Positions 8,001 through 12,935 of a DNA stretch of 12,935 nt are shown one piece after another. Below the pieces are notes generated by a model that saw nothing but the letters and a program-made list of their open reading frames with translations, did no database searches and was not told the DNA's origin. The stretch is from Gemmatimonadales bacterium (GTDB lineage: Bacteria > Gemmatimonadota > Gemmatimonadetes > Gemmatimonadales > GWC2-71-9): the NCBI GenBank assembly GCA_039794085.1, contig JBDIWC010000080.1:1-12935 (forward strand), given 5' to 3'. Numbering within the stretch: the stretch's first letter is position 1; each line of letters starts with the position of its first letter. The position numbers were made by a program, and so were the translations under genes.

Positions 8001-8045
8001 GGGCTTTCGCCCCGGCTCGGCGGTGCGCCCGTTCGCACGGCCGGG
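8001..8045 (-). repeat. Partial, degenerate copy B of the 63-bp repeat
   Basis: GGGCTTTCGCCCCGGCTCGGCGGTGCGCCCGTTCGCACGGCCGGG aligns with 7870-7915 in direct orientation. Confidence 0.85.
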
Positions 8046-8117
8046 ACTCTCCCGCTGCCACCCTACTTTCCCTGCGCCCCCGTGGGTGCGCTGCTTGCGG
8101 CGCTGGCCAAAATAGCC

Positions 8118-8561
8118 TCACCGAACCACGATGGTCATCAAACCGAAGACTTCCTCCATACTCGTGATCCGGGCGAAGATTCCGACCGTTCCGACCGCGA
8201 CGCCGCGAACCCACGCGCTGGTGTCCGAGTCGGGGGAGAGCACGACCGCACTGTCGGGGCGGGCCTCCCATCGGATCACGAACGGCACCCCCGACAGGCA
8301 GGAGGTGAATGCTTGAGTTGGGCGTGCCGCTACGTGGACGGAGTCACCCACAGACACGGTGTCTCTCTGGGGCGTCAGTCCCACAGGGGAGCCGAGACAT
8401 GTATCGTTGGGGGGAGGGGGAAACTCAACCGGGTTTCCCCCGCAGGCTGTCAGGAGCCCCGCGACGGCGAGTACTTGCCGCACTGCGGCGGCCAAGCTTG
8501 GCGGGGGCCTCTGACACGACACGGAATCAGCCGCATTCGCGCTCCGGTGGAGCGACAACAT
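8118..8561 (-). CDS. Putative lipoprotein with a bacterial Ig-like (Big_2-type) domain
   Basis: ATG overlaps the upstream TGA (TGATG) with an AAGGGGG SD. Lipobox VLAVAGLLTA-C. TPQRDTVSVGDSV...W...VRGVAVGTVGIFA follows the Big_2 pattern. The start could be further downstream. Confidence 0.7.
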   Translation of the reverse strand: MLSLHRSANAADSVSCQRPPPSLAAAVRQVLAVAGLLTACGGNPVEFPPPPNDTCLGSPVGLTPQRDTVSVGDSVHVAARPTQAFTSCLSGVPFVIRWEARPDSAVVLSPDSDTSAWVRGVAVGTVGIFARITSMEEVFGLMTIVVR

Positions 8562-10477
8562 CAGAGACCCCCTTGGTTGTAGAGATTGAAGAGCCAGAGT
8601 TGGCGGAAGTAGGCCTTGTCCCAGGTCGGTGGTAGCGTGGCGGACACCGTGATCTGGTTGTACAGCCGGCCGGTTGCGAAGTACCGCTGCTGAGTCGTAG
8701 GGTTGATCGCGGTCTGTGGATCAAATGGCGGGGAGAGGTCAGGTGTGTCGAGGCAGTAGATGAACTGGTCGATCCCACCCAGTTTCGTGTCCCAGATTCC
8801 TGTGGAGGCGTCCCTCAGGGCACATGACTGGAACACCTGAACTATTAAGTTGCCCGGCCATGTTACCTGGTCATCATCTGTCCCACTCTCGTTCTGCGGA
8901 CCGTTTGGATCGGAAGGCCCATCCACCAGGTCGTAGAGAAATCCCGACACGGCGCCCTCTACGATCGAACCGTTCCCGACCATTCTGTCGGGATTATCCT
9001 CAGCCCTGAAGTCCGAGTACCTTTGATTCTGGAAGATCTTGCTACCCCCGACCCACGCCGAGAAAAAATCCGCGAATCCCTCCGTAAGCGCACAGGTCAG
9101 TGTTGTCTCCGTACCCGGGAAATGTGGATTCGGACAACCTGTCGGAAGCTGCCACTTTTCGATGCCTTCATACTGATAGCCATGTCCGTACTCATGCATC
9201 ACCACAAAGACCCCATCCTCCCCGAACGCTCCCGGGTTCTTCATCAGAACAACCTCAGTGAAGCACCCGAAGTCCGGGTGGCAATAGCTGATATCAACGT
9301 CCGGGTCGTCATAAATGTCAGATGCCCAGATCAGCATGCTGCTGCGGGAGTGCCCGAACTTGGTGAATGCCTGTGGGACAAACTCCTCCATGATGGAGAA
9401 TGAGCTGCCCGCTACATCGTTGTTCACCAAGAGGAGGTTCCCCGCCGTGCCAGTAAAGGCGGCGAGAAATGACCCGACGGATGCCCCATTCTTCCCCTTC
9501 CCGACTGACACCAGGCCCTGCATTGTGTACTCCCCCTCGGCATACTCGAACCCGTCAGGACAAACCACTGTGAAGTCCCCATTGCTGGATACGGTACTGA
9601 CACTCGGCCCCTCGAAGAGGTCCCACTCCAGCACCTCGGGACTGCTTCGGCCGAAACAGACTACCGACAACTGACCCCCGCGAATCCCGACATTCTGATT
9701 GAGCAAGAAATCGTGATACTTGACGGAGCCCTGCACCGTCGCCTGGGACCCCATCGCCAGCCCCTCCACCGTTCCTGCAGGCCGAGGCCTGGGCCGGGGA
9801 AACCTTACCCCGTAGGCGCCGTACTCAAACCGGAAGGCGGGATCCACCACCGTGCTGTCCCAGCCGTTGGTGAGGCGCCCTCCTTCCGGGGTCACCAGCA
9901 GCCAGAGTACCCGGCTCGCGCTGTTCAGAACGGTTGTTCCATCCGGGAGCCTCTCCACCGGGGCCGCGGTGGCGGTGGCGAGCACCCGGTAGTACCCCGG
10001 CGCGTCGTATGTGATGGAGGATTCAAGACTCGTGCTCGCCGCCACTCCCAGGCCTCCCTGCCAGTTCCGCAGGGTCGCATGGCTCCGGCCCTGATTCGCC
10101 GCGCGACTCGCGGCGGGAAGGTCGAGCCGCTCCAGGGTGAACCGGACATCGGTGGCGGACACCCGTCCCGCCAGGCGAGCGGTGACCACGATCGGAACTC
10201 CCGGTCTCAGGCTCCCGGCGGCAAAAATCTCGACATCGGCAAAGGGGATGGTGGGGTGCTCGGTGATCACTTCCCCGGCGCTGCCCCCAGCCACCACAGC
10301 CTGTTGAGGAAGGGTGCCTCCGGGGGCGGTCGCATCCGGTGCACACCCGAACAGGGCCACCAGGCCGATGAAGACAATACCACGGAAGCTCAGGTATGGA
10401 AACGACTTATGACGGCCCAGTGGCCCTGCGGCTCTGGGGCTCTTGGGCTCTGCGAAAACCAGCAATTCACACCTCAA
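8561..10477 (-). CDS. Putative lipoprotein zinc metallopeptidase (gluzincin-like, about 634-638 aa)
   Basis: Lipobox IVFIGLVALFG-C. VVMHEYGH at 9182-9196 followed by ALTEGFADFF (third-ligand Glu at 9080-9082). Start uncertain: TTG 10477, or TTG 10465 behind a GAGGTG SD. Confidence 0.8.
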   Translation of the reverse strand: MRCELLVFAEPKSPRAAGPLGRHKSFPYLSFRGIVFIGLVALFGCAPDATAPGGTLPQQAVVAGGSAGEVITEHPTIPFADVEIFAAGSLRPGVPIVVTARLAGRVSATDVRFTLERLDLPAASRAANQGRSHATLRNWQGGLGVAASTSLESSITYDAPGYYRVLATATAAPVERLPDGTTVLNSASRVLWLLVTPEGGRLTNGWDSTVVDPAFRFEYGAYGVRFPRPRPRPAGTVEGLAMGSQATVQGSVKYHDFLLNQNVGIRGGQLSVVCFGRSSPEVLEWDLFEGPSVSTVSSNGDFTVVCPDGFEYAEGEYTMQGLVSVGKGKNGASVGSFLAAFTGTAGNLLLVNNDVAGSSFSIMEEFVPQAFTKFGHSRSSMLIWASDIYDDPDVDISYCHPDFGCFTEVVLMKNPGAFGEDGVFVVMHEYGHGYQYEGIEKWQLPTGCPNPHFPGTETTLTCALTEGFADFFSAWVGGSKIFQNQRYSDFRAEDNPDRMVGNGSIVEGAVSGFLYDLVDGPSDPNGPQNESGTDDDQVTWPGNLIVQVFQSCALRDASTGIWDTKLGGIDQFIYCLDTPDLSPPFDPQTAINPTTQQRYFATGRLYNQITVSATLPPTWDKAYFRQLWLFNLYNQGGL

Positions 10478-10495
10478 TTGTGGAAGGATTACTCA

Positions 10496-10524
10496 AAAGT
10501 AGTGAGCAATCAGAGCCACGTCAA
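10496..10524 (-). promoter_or_regulatory. Sigma70-type promoter for the lipoprotein cassette
   Basis: Minus strand TTGACG (10524-10519) - 17 nt - TACTTT (10501-10496), about 20-30 nt upstream of the start codon. Confidence 0.6.
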
Positions 10525-10753
10525 GTGCCACGTTCCTGGTTGATGTCAACAATTCGAACATTCTTCTGCCACTCTGATCCTGATATATAGTGTCCAAGGG
10601 TGAGGTGACCCTCAGGGTAGCAACAACCTTCCGTCGATTCAAGCATACTGTCCAAGTCGCCGGCTCTCCGTGCGCCAGCTCACAATGTCTCAGTCTCTGT
10701 TTTCGGTGTTCAGCGTCGGCGCTCGATGTGCCCGGTGATTCCGATGAGGCGAG

Positions 10754-10816
10754 ATCCGGGTGAGCACCCGGCCGTGTGAACGGCCGCACCGCCGAACCCG
10801 GGGCGAGAGCCCCGGG
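10754..10816 (+). repeat. 63-bp multi-hairpin repeat, copy C (right arm of the inverted pair)
   Basis: Its reverse complement matches 7866-7928 at 59/63 positions. Confidence 0.9.
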
Positions 10817-10910
10817 TAAAACGGCTGGTGCCCGGATCATCTCCAGACCCCGCCATTGCAGCGGGCTGCGGTCGACGCGACCGGCGGGAAGTGCACCAAC
10901 CCGTCTCCAC

Positions 10911-10938
10911 AGATCCCTCGCCTGTGGCTCGGGATGAC
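10911..10938 (+). repeat. REP-like palindromic repeat AGATCCCTCG...CTCGGGATGAC
   Basis: AGATCCCTCGCCTGTGGCTCGGGATGAC is an imperfect hairpin (ATCCC...GGGAT). It lies downstream of selO, with a degenerate copy at 788-809. Confidence 0.6.
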
Positions 10939-10990
10939 TCCGCGCATTGAACGGAAAACTGCCGCCCACCTGCAGAAGTTATGGGAGATG

Positions 10991-12451
10991 TTACGAGGAA
11001 CAGCTCACCGACAGATGCCGGGCCCAGGCCGGCGGTGACTCGGCGTACTCCGCGAAGCCCTCCCGCTCGACATGGGGCGTCCGGAGGAGGACCCGGAGCC
11101 GCTCGATCTCTCCGAAATCCCTGTGGTCCACGGCGTTCCGGATGGCCCGCTCGGCGAGCCAGTTGCGGAGCACATACGCGGGGTTCACGCCATTCATGCG
11201 GACCTTCCGTTCGGCATCGATGCTTCCCCCCCCCTCGCGCCGGAGCCGCTCCGCGTACTGACCCAGCCACTCGTCGAAGGCTGCCGCTTCCTGGAAGAAC
11301 CGCCGGAGAGATGCTGCCGCGAGGGGTTGGTCCACCTCCATGTCGCCGAGGGCGCGGAAGAAGCGGGTGTAGTCCACCGCGTGTTCCTGAAGCAGCGCCA
11401 GCAGCCGGGCCAGCAGATCTCCGTCTCCCTCCTCTTCCGTGGCGAGCCCCGCCTTCCGTCGCAACAGGTGGAGCATGCGATCCTCGAATACCGGCCGGTA
11501 CCGATCGAGCGCCGCGACCGCCTCCGGCTCGTTCAGGATGCCGAGCATTGATTCAGCGAGACGGGTGACATTCCAGAGCCCGATGCCCGGTTGGTTGCCG
11601 AAGGAGTAGCGGCCGTCGTGGTCGGAATGGTTGCAGATGAAGCCGCCGTCGTAGGCGTCGAGGAAGCCATAGGGGCCGTAATCGAGCGTGAGACCGAGGA
11701 TCGACATGTTGTCGGTGTTCATCACGCCGTGCGCGAAACCCACCGCGGCCCACTCCGCCATCAGTGCCGCCGTGCGCTCCACCGCCTCCTGTAGCAGCCG
11801 CAGGTGCCGGTCGGGAAGTCCGGTCCAGTCCGGGAAGTGATTGGCGATGACATGGTCGGCCAGTTGTGTCACCAGGTCGTGCTGGCTCCTGCTCGCGAAG
11901 AACTGGAAGGATCCGAAGCGGACATGGGTCGGGGCGAGCCGGAGCAGGGTCGCCGCCGTTTCCACCGTCTCCCGTTCGACCGGCAGGTCGCTTCCGGCGA
12001 TCCCGAGGGCCCGGGTGGTCGGGATGCCGAGTCCCGCCATCGCCTCGCTGCAGAGGAACTCCCGGATGGAGGAGCGGAGGACGGCGCGTCCGTCGCCGAA
12101 GCGGCTGTAGCGGGTCTTCCCGGCGCCCTTGAGGTGGAGGTCCCATCGCGCCCCCGCTTCCGTCAGGACCTCGCCCAGGAGGATGGCGCGACCGTCGCCA
12201 AGCTGCGGAACCCAGACGCCGAACTGGTGACCGGCGTAGACCATGGCGACGGGGTCGGCGCCGGGGGGAACCTCGTGGCCGCTGAGCAGGGGGAGAAGCG
12301 ATGTGGGGTCGAGGCCTGGGTCGAGGCCCAGGAGCTGGGCGGCGTCGGGACTGAAGGCCACCAGGTGGGGATCCGGGATCGGCGTGGGACGGATCCGCTC
12401 ATGGAACGCCTCGGGGAGGCGCGCATAGCTGTTGTCGAAGCGGAAGAGCAT
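10991..12451 (-). CDS. selO: Protein adenylyltransferase SelO (YdiU family, 486 aa)
   Basis: FDNSYARLP, YAGHQFG, LGDGRA, KGAGKTRYSRFGDGRAVLRSSIRE, GFAHGVMNTDN, DYGPYGF, NPAYVLRNW and C-terminal SCSS. Start placed at ATG 12451. Confidence 0.97.
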   Translation of the reverse strand: MLFRFDNSYARLPEAFHERIRPTPIPDPHLVAFSPDAAQLLGLDPGLDPTSLLPLLSGHEVPPGADPVAMVYAGHQFGVWVPQLGDGRAILLGEVLTEAGARWDLHLKGAGKTRYSRFGDGRAVLRSSIREFLCSEAMAGLGIPTTRALGIAGSDLPVERETVETAATLLRLAPTHVRFGSFQFFASRSQHDLVTQLADHVIANHFPDWTGLPDRHLRLLQEAVERTAALMAEWAAVGFAHGVMNTDNMSILGLTLDYGPYGFLDAYDGGFICNHSDHDGRYSFGNQPGIGLWNVTRLAESMLGILNEPEAVAALDRYRPVFEDRMLHLLRRKAGLATEEEGDGDLLARLLALLQEHAVDYTRFFRALGDMEVDQPLAAASLRRFFQEAAAFDEWLGQYAERLRREGGGSIDAERKVRMNGVNPAYVLRNWLAERAIRNAVDHRDFGEIERLRVLLRTPHVEREGFAEYAESPPAWARHLSVSCSS

Positions 12452-12456
12452 GTGGA

Positions 12457-12462
12457 AGTATA
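12457..12462 (-). promoter_or_regulatory. Candidate -10 box of a leaderless selO promoter
   Basis: Minus strand TATACT-TCCAC-ATG; no SD. Confidence 0.6.
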
Positions 12463-12580
12463 GCCCGCGAGGTCCCTCCAGGCGCTCGGCATTGTGCAAG
12501 GCCGTTCCGAGCGGAATCTCAGGATCGGTCAGCGCACAATGCAACGCGCCTTCCGGGACCTCGCGGGTTCGGGTGCTTCA

Positions 12581-12605
12581 AGGGCGACCCATGCGTCGCC
12601 CCTAC
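12581..12605 (-). repeat. GTAG-type REP element, copy 2
   Basis: Minus strand GTAGGGGCGACGCATGGGTCGCCCT, 23/25 identical to 847-871 and followed on the plus strand by the same CCTACAC heptamers. Confidence 0.8.
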
Positions 12606-12662
12606 ACCCTACACCCCAAGCCGGCCGAGCCGGAACCAAAGAGGCGCGTCGGGGTCGCGTGG

Positions 12663-12690
12663 GTTCCCCGGGGCCTTCGCCCAGGGGAAC
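12663..12690. repeat. Hairpin related to hairpin 1 of the 63-bp repeat
   Basis: GTTCCCCGGGGC-CTTC-GCCCAGGGGAAC: 12-bp stem with one mismatch; the core resembles CCCGGGGC-TTTC-GCCCCGGG. Confidence 0.55.
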
Positions 12691-12821
12691 GCCAACCGCT
12701 TGGCCACGGAGCAAGTTGACTCGGGTTCACCAGACGTGTCCATCCACTTCAGGGTTGGGCTCTTCCAGCTTCGGCATGGGTTCCTGTCCCTCCGGAGCCC
12801 TCTCCCCGCCCCCAGAGCCAA

Positions 12822-12902
12822 CCACAAGAAGCACAAAAGGCACAAAACCTCTCCCCCCCTGGCAGAGGGGCGTGCCTCTTGTGACTTCTGTGCTTTTTGT
12901 GG
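12822..12902. repeat. 24-bp inverted repeat built of CACAA(A/G)AAG-like units
   Basis: CCACAAGAAGCACAAAAGGCACAA (12822-12845) versus the reverse complement of 12879-12902, CCACAAAAAGCACAGAAGTCACAA: 21/24 match, 33-nt spacer. Confidence 0.8.
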
Positions 12903-12935
12903 CCATTCCCCTCGCCCGCCTGACCATCCGAATCC

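Noticed and set aside
7866..8045. CRISPR array or integron attC array
   Set aside because: Only two adjacent degenerate copies, no regular repeat-spacer period, no cas or integrase gene, and no clear RYYYAAC/GTTRRRY ends.
10991..11002. Selenocysteine in SelO
   Set aside because: The C-terminus is Cys-Ser-Ser with a TAA stop; there is no in-frame TGA.
12452..12544. 31-aa N-terminal extension of SelO
   Set aside because: Family similarity begins at MLFRFDNSY, and a -10 box sits directly before ATG 12451.
12620..12720. Known ncRNA or riboswitch upstream of selO
   Set aside because: A hairpin is present, but I cannot match it to any family motif; an Rfam scan would be needed.

Overview
High-GC bacterial window; gene content is compatible with Gemmatimonadota, which is inference only. 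Left to right it holds: a truncated ABM-type monooxygenase remnant and a small LAGLIDADG-like ORF (both minus strand); leuS; a probable three-gene operon; a lower-GC two-gene lipoprotein cassette (HEXXH metallopeptidase plus Ig-like lipoprotein) bracketed by 63-bp inverted repeats; and selO/ydiU. The operon encodes a methyl-accepting chemotaxis protein, a 386-aa polytopic membrane protein and a 493-aa His/Met-rich membrane-anchored protein. The standout signal is the 386-aa protein. It carries two motifs (D-x3-H-x12-H and D-x3-H-x13-H) that match the spacing, and for the first the wording, of the CuC and CuD copper sites of PmoC/AmoC. It is translationally coupled to a partner with PmoB-like topology and a candidate N-terminal His, which suggests a divergent copper membrane monooxygenase-like or copper-handling system. 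The intergenic regions are mosaics of several REP-like palindrome families and heptamer tandem repeats. leuS and selO look leaderless.
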